The notes below the pieces were generated by a model. It searched no databases and was not told where the DNA came from. It was given only the letters and a program-made list of their open reading frames with translations. Both the position numbers and the translations under genes were made by a program. Positions 28,894 to 38,857 of a DNA stretch of 64,000 bases are shown piece by piece; within the stretch, counting starts at the first letter, position 1, and every line of letters starts with the position of its first letter. Source of the stretch: an uncultured delta proteobacterium (GTDB lineage Bacteria; Desulfobacterota; Binatia; DP-6); the NCBI GenBank assembly GCA_963815115.1, contig CAWFFN010000005.1, positions 320,001 through 384,000 on the forward strand, in the 5' to 3' direction.

Positions 28894-30731
28894 CGCAGCA
28901 GCCCCCACGCGGCCCACTCGATGGCGAGCAATGCCGCCGCGGCGGCGTAGAACCACCACGACAGGTCGTGCCGCCCGGCGGTCGGCGGCGCGGACGCGGG
29001 AGCGGCCGTCGGCCGCCATTCGCCACCCCCGTCTCGGCCGACGTCGGACTCGTCGGCGCTCAGCAGGCTCGCGAGGACGAGGCGGTCGGCGCCACCGGCT
29101 CCCGCGAGCCTGTGGATGCCGGCGCGCTCGGCGAGCACGACGGGAGGATCGCCGCTCGCGTGCACACCGGGAGCCGACCGGAGCGCCGCCCCGGCGGAGC
29201 GCACCGGCACGCCGGTCGCGAGGGTGATCGGCGCCTCGGCGGCCGGCTCGGCGAGCCAGCGCAACGTTCCGAGCGTCAGCAGGACGAGCGGCATCGCGTC
29301 CGAGCTCGAGGGCTGCACGGGCAGCTCCGCCCCGAGGCAAGCGCGCCGCCGGCCGGCGTGCTCGCCCACCACGAGGAACGGGAAGGCCGCGCGCCGGCTG
29401 GCCGCGGTCACGGCGGCCGTTCCCCACGCGGGCAGCAGCAGCTGGGTGGCGTGGGCGGCCTCGACCGCCGCGAGAGAGCCAAAGCCCTGGAGCACGGGAT
29501 CGCCGGGCTCCCAGTCGACGACCGAGGCGTCCTCGACGGTGCGCGCTCCCGGACACACGGCATTGCCCGGTGGCGGCGCGAGGTAGAGCACGCTGCCGGC
29601 GCCGTCGTCGCTCGTCGGGACCTGGTGGTCGAAGACCGTCACCACGCCGTCGACGGTCTCGTGGCCGGCGCGTTCCGCCAGACCGGCACGGTTGACGACC
29701 TCGAGATGCCCGCGCGGCACCGTGGCGACCAGCGTGCGGAAGGCGGCGCCCAGGGCATCGGATTCGGTGACCAGGAGGACGTCGAGCGGCGGCTGCGCCG
29801 GCACCCAGGCGACCGCCTCGTCGTCCACCGGGAGGGCGTCGTTGGCGGCGATGCGGACGCGGAGCAGCCCGGGACCCGGGGGCGCGCCGAGCTTCGCGCG
29901 TCCGCTGCCGCGAGCCGCCAGGGCAAACGCCTGCCGCGTCCACGGCGTGCCGTCGAGCGTCGCTTCCAGCGTCGTGGCGCGCGACGCCGAGCCGAAGTTC
30001 CGCACCTCGACCTCGACCCGCACGTCCGCGGCCTCCGCGAACGGTGGCGCCTCCACCGTGACATCGGTGATGGCGAGGTTGTCGTCGCGCCGTCCGATCG
30101 CGATCCAGTCGACGCCGGCGAGCCTCGCCGGCGCCAGCTCGCTCGCCGCCGGCGGCAGGTCGGTGAGCACCGCGACGCCGGCGCCGGGTCGCCGCGCGGC
30201 CTCGCCGAGTGCCAGCTCGACAGCCGGGGCGAGCGCCGTGGGCGTATCGAGCGGCGCCAGCGCCGCGAGCCGCTCGGCGAGCCGGCCGCGATCCGTGGTC
30301 CAGCGTAGCGACACCCGCGGGCGATCGCCGGCCGCGACGAGCATCACCGGCACGGCGGACGGCAGCGCGTCGACCAGCTCGTCGAGCCGCCGTCGTGCGA
30401 GCGCGAAGCGGCTGCCGCCCGCTTCACGCACCTGCATGCTGGCCGACACGTCGAGCACGATGGCGAGTCCGCTGGCCGCGTCGCCGCCCGGCCGTCCGAT
30501 CCAGGGCAGCGCATAGCCCGCGACCAGCGCGAGGAGAAGGAGCAGGCGGAGGACGAAGAGGAGGTCCGGACGGAAGCGCTGGCGCTCGAGGGGCCGCTCC
30601 GGCAGCTGCTTCCAGAGCAGCAGGCTCGAGACGGGGGAGACACGCGAGCGCCGGCGCAGCTGGGTGAGCACGATCAGCACGGCGACGCTCGCGAGCGTCA
30701 GGAGGCCCAGGGGGTTCGCGAGGCCGAGCAT
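28890..30731 (-). CDS. BatA N-terminal + vWA domain protein
   Basis: NPLGLL...VSSLLLW...LRLLLL BatA-like N-terminus; DVSASM MIDAS; C-terminal LLAIEW. Confidence 0.88.
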   Translation of the reverse strand: MLGLANPLGLLTLASVAVLIVLTQLRRRSRVSPVSSLLLWKQLPERPLERQRFRPDLLFVLRLLLLLALVAGYALPWIGRPGGDAASGLAIVLDVSASMQVREAGGSRFALARRRLDELVDALPSAVPVMLVAAGDRPRVSLRWTTDRGRLAERLAALAPLDTPTALAPAVELALGEAARRPGAGVAVLTDLPPAASELAPARLAGVDWIAIGRRDDNLAITDVTVEAPPFAEAADVRVEVEVRNFGSASRATTLEATLDGTPWTRQAFALAARGSGRAKLGAPPGPGLLRVRIAANDALPVDDEAVAWVPAQPPLDVLLVTESDALGAAFRTLVATVPRGHLEVVNRAGLAERAGHETVDGVVTVFDHQVPTSDDGAGSVLYLAPPPGNAVCPGARTVEDASVVDWEPGDPVLQGFGSLAAVEAAHATQLLLPAWGTAAVTAASRRAAFPFLVVGEHAGRRRACLGAELPVQPSSSDAMPLVLLTLGTLRWLAEPAAEAPITLATGVPVRSAGAALRSAPGVHASGDPPVVLAERAGIHRLAGAGGADRLVLASLLSADESDVGRDGGGEWRPTAAPASAPPTAGRHDLSWWFYAAAAALLAIEWAAWGLLR

Positions 30732-30742
30732 GTGCGCGCCGT

Positions 30743-31657
30743 CTACCGGGGTCGGACGAGGCCGAGACGGACGAGGTCGCGTGTGACGAAGGCGTCGACG
30801 GAGACGTCGCTCACGAGAGAGGCCCACGAGGCGCGCTGGCGGACGGCAACGGCCTGCAGGCGCTCGAGGTGGGCCGCGAGGAGCTCGCCGTAGCGCGCCA
30901 GCGTGGCCGGATCGAGCTGCACGGCGTGTCGCGTACCGGACTCGACGTCCTCCAGCTCGCCGCTCGCGAGGACGCGCGCGGGCTCCACCTCGCCGCGCCC
31001 GAGCACCTGGAGCAGGGCGATGGCGTGGCCGCGGCGTCGCAGCGCTGCCACCCCCGGCTCGAGCGCGTCGGCGTCGACGAGAAAGTCCGAGATCACGAGG
31101 ACCGCGCCTCCCTCGGGGTGGCGATGGCTGTACTCGCCCAGTGCGGCCCCCAGCGCGAGCGTGCCGGACGGGGCCGTGGCATCGAGCAGATCGGCCATGG
31201 CAACCAGCCCGGGCCGGCGACGGTGCACTGCCGAGGAGCTCGGGGCGGCGCCGCCGCGCAGCACCACGAGTCGCACGGCGTGGTGGCTGGCGAGGGCGAT
31301 CGCCGCGAGCGCGAGGGCGAGCTCGGCCGCGATCGCGTACTTGCGATCGGCGGCCGGTGTTTCCATGGACGCGGTGGCGTCGACCAGGAGATGCACCACG
31401 ACCTCGCGCTCGGCGGTGAAGCGCCGCATGAGGAGGGCGTCGAACCTGCCGAGGAGATTCCAGTCGAGATGGCGCAGGTCGTCACCCGGCGCGTACGGAG
31501 TATGCGCCTCGAGCTCGAGGCCGGACGGCTGGGGGCGCCCCGGAAAGCGGCGCTCGCCGGGACGCGTGCCCATGCGCCCGCCGACGTCCAGGACGAGACG
31601 CGTGCCGAGCGCGCCCACCCGGGCAGCGGCCGCACGCGCCGGTCCGATCCGGGTCAT
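30743..31657 (-). CDS. DUF58 domain protein
   Basis: YAPGDDLRHLDWN, LLVDATASM, VISDF, LEDVESG. Confidence 0.9.
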   Translation of the reverse strand: MTRIGPARAAAARVGALGTRLVLDVGGRMGTRPGERRFPGRPQPSGLELEAHTPYAPGDDLRHLDWNLLGRFDALLMRRFTAEREVVVHLLVDATASMETPAADRKYAIAAELALALAAIALASHHAVRLVVLRGGAAPSSSAVHRRRPGLVAMADLLDATAPSGTLALGAALGEYSHRHPEGGAVLVISDFLVDADALEPGVAALRRRGHAIALLQVLGRGEVEPARVLASGELEDVESGTRHAVQLDPATLARYGELLAAHLERLQAVAVRQRASWASLVSDVSVDAFVTRDLVRLGLVRPR

Positions 31658-32670
31658 CGGCCCTGTCGCGCCGCGGTTGCCAGCACACGCTCGACCACGG
31701 TCGCAGGCTCGATCCCCTCGGTCTCGGCGGTGAAGGTGAGGACCAGGCGGTGGCGGAGCGCCGCGCGCGCGACGCGGTCGACGTCCTCGAAGGACACGTG
31801 CGGCCGGCCGTCGAGCAACGCGTGCACCTTGGCGCCGAGCAGCAGCGCCTGGCCGCCACGAGGACTCGCGCCGTACGCCACCCAGCGACGGATCTCGGCA
31901 TCGCCATCCGCGCCGGGCTGGGTCAACCGCACCAGCGTCGCCACGTAGCGCTCGACGTGGGGCGCTACCAGCACCGAGCGCACGAGCAGCTTGAGCTCCT
32001 CGACCCGTGCCCGCGCCGTCGCCGGGTCGAGCACCGGGCGAATCACCGGAACCTCGGCCCCGGTGGTGACGGCCAGGATGCGCTCCAGCTCCGCCTGCGA
32101 CGGGTAGTCGAGCAGGACCTTGAAGAGAAAGCGATCGAGCTGCGCCTCGGGAAGCTGGTAGGTGCCCTCCATCTCGATCGGATTCAGGGTCGCGAGCACG
32201 AAGAACGGCGCCTCGAGCAGGTGGGTCGTGCCGGCGACCGTGACCTGCTGCTCGGCCATCGCCTCGAGCAGGGCCGACTGCGTCTTCGGGGTGGCGCGGT
32301 TGATCTCGTCGGCGAGGAGCAGATGCGCGAAGATGGGCCCGGGCACGAAGACGAAGCTGCGATGACCATCCAGCGTCTCGCTGACGACGCGCGTGCCGGT
32401 GATGTCGGCGGGCATCAGGTCGACGGTGAACTGCACCCGGCTGAAGCGCAGCGCCAGGGCCTCGGCCAGCGAGCGCACGATGAGCGTCTTGCCGATGCCG
32501 GGAACGCCCTCGATGAGGACGTGGCCGCCGGCGAACAGGCCGACCAGGATCGTGTCGATGACCTCGTCGTGACCGACGACCACACGGGCCATCTCGCGCC
32601 GTAGCGCGGCGAAGGTGTCCTGGAAATCGCGGATCGCTCCCGCGGCGCCCTCGGCCGTCTCGATGCTCAC
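31654..32670 (-). CDS. moxR: MoxR-family AAA+ ATPase
   Basis: GVPGIGKT, RVQFTVDLMPADITG, LADEINRATPKTQSALLEAM, NPIEMEGTY.LPEAQLDRF, GASPR. Confidence 0.95.
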   Translation of the reverse strand: MSIETAEGAAGAIRDFQDTFAALRREMARVVVGHDEVIDTILVGLFAGGHVLIEGVPGIGKTLIVRSLAEALALRFSRVQFTVDLMPADITGTRVVSETLDGHRSFVFVPGPIFAHLLLADEINRATPKTQSALLEAMAEQQVTVAGTTHLLEAPFFVLATLNPIEMEGTYQLPEAQLDRFLFKVLLDYPSQAELERILAVTTGAEVPVIRPVLDPATARARVEELKLLVRSVLVAPHVERYVATLVRLTQPGADGDAEIRRWVAYGASPRGGQALLLGAKVHALLDGRPHVSFEDVDRVARAALRHRLVLTFTAETEGIEPATVVERVLATAARQGR

Positions 32671-33887
32671 GGGGACGCCCCCGGCACCGCATCCGCATGC
32701 GCGAACAGACGGCGGACGATCGGAGCGAAGGACGCCGGAACGTCCATGCGATGTCCGGCCTGCTCGGGACGCCGTGCCGGTGCAAGCGCCGGACGGCGGC
32801 CCGCGTCGGCACCGGGCGCATCGGCCCACTGCTCGCCGGCGGTGCCGGGACGCGTCCGCACGCGCGCCGCGATCGCCAGCTCGAAGCGATCGCCGCCGGC
32901 GGGGAGATCGTCATCGGGCTTGCCGTACAGCGACGGGTCCGTGTCGCTGCCCGCCCCTGGCGCCGCCGCACCCTCGCCCCGGGTCTGATCGTCCCGGTCG
33001 CCCGGTCGCGGCGTGGGCCGGCCGTCCGCGCCGGGCACCTCGCTCCCACCCTTCGCCCCGCGCGCGTCGGCGACCGGCCGTGCCTTGGGCTCGGGATCCT
33101 GACGTGGGCCACGCGCGCCATCCTGCCGCGCGCCGCTCGGTGGCACCTCGCCCCCGGTCTCCCAGCGCTCGTCGGCCCCGAGCGCCGCCTGCAGCCAGTC
33201 CTGGAGCGTCGCCAGCGTGGAGTCGTCGGCCTCCGTCTCGGATCGGGCGCCGGAACCGGGTGCGCCCGCAGGCGACGCGTGCTCGCTGCCCGGGGTCACG
33301 AGGAGGCGATCGGCGCCCTCGCGCGTCTCCTTGGCGGCGACGAAGTCCATGGGGCGATCGCCGATCAGCACGCGCGGGGGCGGGGGCCGCAGCCACGGCG
33401 CGAACACGACGACCAGGATCAACGCCCCCACCGCCGCCAGGGCAGAGGCGAGCGCCGACCCGGAAACGAGCCGGGGCACGACGTCCTCGGGCCGCCATCG
33501 CCCGAGCGCGTCGAGGTTCTGCTGCACGAGGAGGGCGAAGAGACCTCCTCGCGCGCGTCCTTCGAGCTCGGCGAGCGACGCCAGACGGCCGCCCAGCTCT
33601 CGTGATCGATCGATGCGCGCGGCCGCGTCGCGGGCCGCGAGCCAGCGCTCGCCGAGCTGCCGCGCCAGGACGACGCTCGCGGCGCACAGCGCTCCCGTCC
33701 CGAGGAGGACGACGCCGCCGAAGGCGAGCCGTCCTGCCCGGAGCGCGGCGAGGATGACGACCGCCGCCGCGAGCCCCGCCACGACCAGCCAGCGTGCGGT
33801 CGCTTGCTGGACGAGGAAGCCGTTGCTTCGCCGTCGCACCGCTCGGACCTGCTGCAGGACCGCTTGCATGGGCGGCGAGCTGCTCAC
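32667..33887 (-). CDS. Membrane protein with low-complexity C-terminus, first gene of the MoxR operon
   Basis: 2+1 TM helices, AARID...L.GRLAS motif, VP.....IVRRLF tail; stop overlaps moxR start. Confidence 0.7.
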   Translation of the reverse strand: MSSSPPMQAVLQQVRAVRRRSNGFLVQQATARWLVVAGLAAAVVILAALRAGRLAFGGVVLLGTGALCAASVVLARQLGERWLAARDAAARIDRSRELGGRLASLAELEGRARGGLFALLVQQNLDALGRWRPEDVVPRLVSGSALASALAAVGALILVVVFAPWLRPPPPRVLIGDRPMDFVAAKETREGADRLLVTPGSEHASPAGAPGSGARSETEADDSTLATLQDWLQAALGADERWETGGEVPPSGARQDGARGPRQDPEPKARPVADARGAKGGSEVPGADGRPTPRPGDRDDQTRGEGAAAPGAGSDTDPSLYGKPDDDLPAGGDRFELAIAARVRTRPGTAGEQWADAPGADAGRRPALAPARRPEQAGHRMDVPASFAPIVRRLFAHADAVPGASP

Positions 33888-34055
33888 GGCTCCGGCTAAA
33901 ACACGGCCGGTCGAGTCGCGTCAATGCGTGCTCGCTGGCTCCGGCGGTGCACCACACGCAGGAGGTGCCGTCCGGCACCGCGTCGCTGCAGGACGGCCGT
34001 CGTGGATGCCGTGCGGTTGACCGGGCCAGGTGCCGCTTGGTACGGCCCGGCACGC

Positions 34056-35270
34056 ATGCACCAACGAGGAACCGGCAACGGCGCGCTCTCCGGCATCCGC
34101 GTCATCGACATGAGCCACCAGGCGGCGGGTCCCTGGTGCACGTCGCTCCTCGGGGACATGGGCGCCGACGTCGTCAAGATCGAGAAGCCGGGGCGCGGCG
34201 ACAGCATTCGCTACGCCGACCGGACCGGCCGGCTTCCGCCGGAGGTCGGCGGTCTCAACTTCCAGGGCCTGAATCGCAACAAGCGCGGTCTCACCGTCGA
34301 CATCGGCCAGGAGGCAGGCGCGGCGCTGGTGCGCCGCCTGGTGCGAAACGCGGACGTGCTGGTGGAGAATTTCCGGCCCGGCGTCATGGACCGTCACGGG
34401 CTCGGCTGGGAGGCGCTGCACGCCGAGAACCCGCGTCTGGTGTACTGCTCGATCACCGCCTTCGGCCCGCGTGGTCCCCTGGCGCAGAAGCCGGGCATGG
34501 ATCTCATCGTGCAGGCGACGGGCGGCATCATGGGCCACACGGGCGAGGAGGGCGGCCCGCCGATCAAGTCGGCGCCGCCGGTGGCCGACATCACCACGGG
34601 TGTGTACGCGGCCTACGGCATCGCCTCGGCGCTGGTGGCGCGCGAGCGCTCCGGTGTCGGGCAGCGGGTCGAGATCGCGATGCTCGACGCGGTCGTGTCC
34701 CTCTACGCCGACAACGCGGCCAACGTGCTCACCGAAGGCACGCGCTTCCCGAAGTTCGGCAGCGGGCATCCGGATCTCGTGCCCTACCAGGCCTTCCCCG
34801 CCAGCGACGGCTACTTCATCGTCGCCTGCCTCACCAACGCCTTCTACAAGCGGCTGTGCGCCGCGCTCGGCCGCGACGACCTGCTCACCGATCCGCGCTT
34901 CGCCACCAACCCGTCGCGCGTCGCGCACCGCGAGGAGGTGGTCCGGATCCTGAGCGAGATCTTCCGGACCGCGTCGTGCGAGCACTGGATCGCGCTCCTC
35001 GAGCAGCACGACATCCCCGCCTGCCGCGTGAACCGCCTCGAGGAGATCCTCGCGCATCCGCAGATCGCGGCGAACGGACTCGTGGTCGAGCACGAGGACC
35101 CGGTGCGGGGGCGCCTCCGCACGCTCGGGCCGCCGCTCAAGATGTCGGCAACCCCGACGGCGTTCACGGCGCCCGCGCCACGGCTGGGCGAGCACACCGA
35201 CGAGGTGCTGCGCGAGGCCGGGCTGTCGGCGTCCGAGATCGCCGAGCTGCGCGCGGCCCGGGTGATCTGA
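34056..35270 (+). CDS. CaiB/BaiF family III CoA-transferase
   Basis: LSGIRVIDM, AGP, GADVVKIE, NRNKR, VENFRPG, APRLGEHT. Confidence 0.95.
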   Translation: MHQRGTGNGALSGIRVIDMSHQAAGPWCTSLLGDMGADVVKIEKPGRGDSIRYADRTGRLPPEVGGLNFQGLNRNKRGLTVDIGQEAGAALVRRLVRNADVLVENFRPGVMDRHGLGWEALHAENPRLVYCSITAFGPRGPLAQKPGMDLIVQATGGIMGHTGEEGGPPIKSAPPVADITTGVYAAYGIASALVARERSGVGQRVEIAMLDAVVSLYADNAANVLTEGTRFPKFGSGHPDLVPYQAFPASDGYFIVACLTNAFYKRLCAALGRDDLLTDPRFATNPSRVAHREEVVRILSEIFRTASCEHWIALLEQHDIPACRVNRLEEILAHPQIAANGLVVEHEDPVRGRLRTLGPPLKMSATPTAFTAPAPRLGEHTDEVLREAGLSASEIAELRAARVI

Positions 35271-35408
35271 CAAGCGCCGCCGCTGCCGCCGGTCCGCCAG
35301 GACCTGCCCGGTCGGGCGTAGCGAGACGATGCGGATGACTGCTGCGTCGACCCATCGGCAGCCGCGGCGGAGCGTCTCTGCGACGCGCGCGTCAGACGGA
35401 GTGTGCCG

Positions 35409-35462
35409 GTGGACCAGTACACCGGCGACGGCATCGTGGCGCCGTGCGGAGCGCCAATCGCC
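35409..35462 (+). pseudogene. Tiny class III adenylate/guanylate cyclase remnant
   Basis: VDQYTGDGIVAPCGAPIA resembles the V.QYTGDGIMALFGAPIA cyclase motif; lies in intergenic DNA. Confidence 0.45.
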
Positions 35463-35509
35463 GGCCCCGTCCGATTGCGTCACGTGCCGCCTCGATGTAC
35501 CAGATACAC

Positions 35510-35734
35510 ATGAAACGCACGAATCTTGTGCTGAATGAGGACCTCCTCGCAGAGGCGACCAGGCTGAGCGGCGAGAAGACGTATTCTCGAGCCGTGGAGC
35601 GAGCGCTGGAGGATTTCGTGCGCCGCGCCCGGGCGCGGCGGATCCTCGAGCTGCGTGGCTCCGGGTTGTGGGAAGGAAGCCTCTCGGCGATGCGTCGCGA
35701 CGCGAATCCGGCGCGTCGTTCGCGGCGCTCGTGA
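35510..35734 (+). CDS. vapB: Type II TA antitoxin, VapB family
   Basis: MKRTNLVLNEDLL..A.RLSGEKT...AV..AL..FVRR; overlaps the PIN toxin start (GTGA). Confidence 0.88.
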   Translation: MKRTNLVLNEDLLAEATRLSGEKTYSRAVERALEDFVRRARARRILELRGSGLWEGSLSAMRRDANPARRSRRS

Positions 35735-36120
35735 CCCTGGTCGACACGTCGATCTGGATCGAGGTGTTCCGACAGCGGCGTCCGCTGGACCTGGCCCGGC
35801 TCATCGACTTCGACGATGTGGTCACCTGTCTCCCCGTCGTCCAGGAAGTGCTTCAGGGTTTTCGAGAGGAAGGCGCATATCGTCGGGCGTGTGATGCGAT
35901 GCTGGCCCTCCCGATCGTCGAATCACCCCTGGGCGTCGACGTGGTGCTCGAAGCGGCGGGGCTCTACCGCACGGCGCGCGCCCGCGGTGTCACGGTCCGC
36001 TCGTCGGTCGACTGCCTGATTGCCGCATGCGCCCTGCGTCACGACCTCGAGGTACTGCATCGCGATCGGGACTTCGACGCGATCGCGCGAGTGTCTCCGC
36101 TCAGACGGCGCCGCGGGTGA
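35731..36120 (+). CDS. vapC: Type II TA PIN-domain toxin VapC
   Basis: LVDTSIWI, EVLQG, DCLIAACA, LHRDRDF. Confidence 0.92.
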   Translation: MTLVDTSIWIEVFRQRRPLDLARLIDFDDVVTCLPVVQEVLQGFREEGAYRRACDAMLALPIVESPLGVDVVLEAAGLYRTARARGVTVRSSVDCLIAACALRHDLEVLHRDRDFDAIARVSPLRRRRG

Positions 36121-36161
36121 CCGGCTGGCGGCGTCGTGGCCGCTGCTGCTAGGACGGCGTC

Positions 36162-36950
36162 ATGAGCGTCGTGACGCCGATCGATCTCGGCTCCCGCCAC
36201 CTCCGTGGTGGCAAGCACGGCGGCGTGCTGCGCGTGGTCCTCGATCGTCCCGAGCGGCGCAACGCCTGCACCATCGAGATGTACCACGGGATCAAGAAGG
36301 CGGCGGTCCTGGCCGAGCGCGATCCGGAGGTCGACGTGCTGGTTCTCACCGGCGCCGGCGAGCACTTCTGCGTCGGCGGCGAGATGGGCGGCCGGCACGA
36401 GGGCGGCGCGGGTCTCGATCGCGAGACCGACGGCATCGACCTGACGCCGTTCGTGCAGCTCGAGCGCTGCCCGAAGATCGTCCTCGTGGCCATCAATGGC
36501 ACCTGCCAGGGCGGTGGCCTGGTCATGACGCTGATGAGCGACCTCGCCGTGGTCTCCGACCGCGCCACCTTCCGCGTTCCCGAGCTGCTGCGCGGCGTCG
36601 CCGACTGCTACCTCGGCGCGCGGCTCGCCAGCCGCATCGGGGTGGCGCGCGCCAAGTGGCTGCTCTTCACGGCGCAGCCGTTCACCGCCCAGGAGGCGCT
36701 CGCGATGGGACTCGTCCCGCGCGTCGTCCCGCACGGCGGGCTCGACGCCGCGGTCGAGGAGACCATCGCCGCGGTCCGGCAGACGGGACCGCGCGCCCGC
36801 ACGGCGCTGAAGCGCGACCTGAACCGGCAGCTCCCGCCCCTCGACCTCGCGATGTTCGTCGAGTCGCTCGCGTCCGACGAGGTCCGCGAGGGATTCACCG
36901 CCTTCGTCGAGAAGCGGCCGGCGCGCTGGGTGCGCGGGCCGTCGTCGTGA
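36162..36950 (+). CDS. Enoyl-CoA hydratase/isomerase family protein
   Basis: DRPERRNA, FCVGGEM, INGTCQGGG, FRVPE, AFVEKR. Confidence 0.92.
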   Translation: MSVVTPIDLGSRHLRGGKHGGVLRVVLDRPERRNACTIEMYHGIKKAAVLAERDPEVDVLVLTGAGEHFCVGGEMGGRHEGGAGLDRETDGIDLTPFVQLERCPKIVLVAINGTCQGGGLVMTLMSDLAVVSDRATFRVPELLRGVADCYLGARLASRIGVARAKWLLFTAQPFTAQEALAMGLVPRVVPHGGLDAAVEETIAAVRQTGPRARTALKRDLNRQLPPLDLAMFVESLASDEVREGFTAFVEKRPARWVRGPSS

Positions 36951-36975
36951 CGGCGCGTCCCGTCCCTCGGAGCTC

Positions 36976-37005
36976 TTGACGAACGAACGTTCATTTCGGT
37001 AGTCG
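36976..37005 (+). promoter_or_regulatory. Promoter/operator of the TetR operon
   Basis: TTGACG followed by near-palindrome AACGAACGTTCATT, then TAGT. Confidence 0.6.
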
Positions 37006-37013
37006 TTCGGACC

Positions 37014-37709
37014 GTGAGAACGAGAGGGGTCCGCCTGGGCGCGGCACACGCCGACGCGCCGTCGCTCCCGACCCGCGAGGTCATCCTCGACGCCGCCGAG
37101 CGGTTGTTCTCCGCTCACGGCGTCGACGGCGTCGCGGTGCGCGACCTCGCGCGCGAGCTGGAGCTCACCCCGTCGAGCCTCTACAACCACTTCCCGGGCA
37201 AGCAGGCGCTCTACGAGGCGGTGCTCGAGCGCGGGCTCGGGCCGATCGTCGCGCTGATCCAGGCGTCGTGGCGGCACGGCGAGCTGCGGCGCGACACCGT
37301 CGCCGCCACGGTGGACGGCATGGTGACGCACCTGACCCAGCATCCGCACCTGGGCCGGCTCGTGCAGCGGGCACTGCTCGAGGACACGGACAGCGTGCGG
37401 GCGCTGATCACGCGCTCGCTGGAGCCGCTCTACCGGGAAGGAGTCGCCGTCGTCGGTCGCGCCGCGACGAGCGCGGGCTGGGAACACGACGAGGTGCCGC
37501 ACCTGGCGCTCGGGCTCTTCGGGCTCGTGTTCTCGTACTTCGTCAACGCCGACGCGATGCGCCGGCTGGCTGCGTGGGGCACGGAAGCGGTCGACCCGGC
37601 GGCGCTGGCCGTGCAGCGGCGCTTCCTCGAGAAGGCCATCTTCCGCCTGCTCGGCCCGCGTCAGAGCCGGGCAGGGAGCGTCCGGCGCACGAGGAGGGTG
37701 AATGGCTGA
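37014..37709 (+). CDS. TetR/AcrR family transcriptional regulator
   Basis: TREVILDAAERLFSAHG...VRDLAREL.LTPSSLYNHFPGKQALY. Confidence 0.93.
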   Translation: MRTRGVRLGAAHADAPSLPTREVILDAAERLFSAHGVDGVAVRDLARELELTPSSLYNHFPGKQALYEAVLERGLGPIVALIQASWRHGELRRDTVAATVDGMVTHLTQHPHLGRLVQRALLEDTDSVRALITRSLEPLYREGVAVVGRAATSAGWEHDEVPHLALGLFGLVFSYFVNADAMRRLAAWGTEAVDPAALAVQRRFLEKAIFRLLGPRQSRAGSVRRTRRVNG

Positions 37710-38829
37710 GGTCACCGGACACGGCGGACGGATCACCGACGAGGGCATCGCGAGGGTCCGCGAGCGCATCGGGAAGGGCTTCAGCGGCAGGCGCCCCTGG
37801 CGCACCGAGGTGACGCGCGACGCTGCCTACCACATGGCGCTCGCCATCGGCGATCTGAGCCCGCTCTATCACGACGAGCCGTACGCGGCCGGGACGCGCT
37901 GGGGCAAGCTGCTCGCGCCCTACATCATGATCCAGACATTCGACACCCTGCGCTCGGTGGGCTCGAGCGGTCTACCGGAGGGGCTGCCCGGCGTGCATTC
38001 CATCTGGACGGGCTCGCTCTACGAGTGGAAGCGCCCGCTCGCGGTGGGCGATCGCGTGCGCGCCGACTGCTATCTGAAGGCGGTCGACGAGCGCGAGAGC
38101 AAGTTCGGCGGCGGCCGCTCGGTCTACCAGACCTACGAGGCGGTCTACACGGACCAGGCGGGCGACCGGATCGGCCTGCGCAACGACACCTGGATCCGCA
38201 TCGAGCGCCACAAGACCGCCGAGACGAAGAAGTACGGCGAGATCGGGCTCGCCCGCTGGAGTCCCGCCGACATCGAGCGGTTCATGGCGGAGTACGCGGC
38301 CGAGACCCGCACGGTCGAGCGATTCTGGAACGACGTCCAGGTGGGCGACGCGCTGCCGAAGCGCCTGAAGGGCCCGCTCACGCCGACCGCCGAGATCGCC
38401 TTCGAGTCCCAGCTCGGCATCTACCTGGTGGGAAACGAGGTTGCCGCGAACCTCTATGCCAAGCATCCGAAGCTCTTCATCACCAACGAGCAGGGCGTGC
38501 CGGAGCCGCCGCAGCGCGTCCACTGGGACAACGAGTTCACCACCCGACTGCTCGGCCTCCCGGGCGCCTACGACCTCGGGCCCGAGCGCTGTGCGTGGCT
38601 CATCCAGGTGGTGACCGACTGGATGGGCGATGCGGGTCACCTGGCGCGGCTCGAGTGCCGCTACCTCAAGTTCAACTACATCGGCGACGTCACCTGGGTG
38701 CGCGGGACGGTGACCGACAAGTTCGAGCGCGACGGCGCGGCGTACGTTCGCTGCGCAGTCGACTGCCTGAACCATCGCGACGAGGTCACCGCGGCCGGCA
38801 CGGCCGAGGTGGAGCTTCCTCGCCGCTGA
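37702..38829 (+). CDS. Tandem MaoC/FAS1-like acyl dehydratase (double hot-dog)
   Basis: AIGDLSPLYHDE.YA..TRWG.LLAP, W.RPL.VGD, VHWD, DWMGD.G. Confidence 0.82.
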   Translation: MAEVTGHGGRITDEGIARVRERIGKGFSGRRPWRTEVTRDAAYHMALAIGDLSPLYHDEPYAAGTRWGKLLAPYIMIQTFDTLRSVGSSGLPEGLPGVHSIWTGSLYEWKRPLAVGDRVRADCYLKAVDERESKFGGGRSVYQTYEAVYTDQAGDRIGLRNDTWIRIERHKTAETKKYGEIGLARWSPADIERFMAEYAAETRTVERFWNDVQVGDALPKRLKGPLTPTAEIAFESQLGIYLVGNEVAANLYAKHPKLFITNEQGVPEPPQRVHWDNEFTTRLLGLPGAYDLGPERCAWLIQVVTDWMGDAGHLARLECRYLKFNYIGDVTWVRGTVTDKFERDGAAYVRCAVDCLNHRDEVTAAGTAEVELPRR

Positions 38830-38857
38830 GACGCACGCGGTCGAAGGGTTCGGATCG

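Noticed and set aside
26545-33887. MoxR-DUF58-BatA/vWA-vWA operon as a novel system
   Set aside because: Widespread, previously described MoxR-proper arrangement; nothing atypical seen
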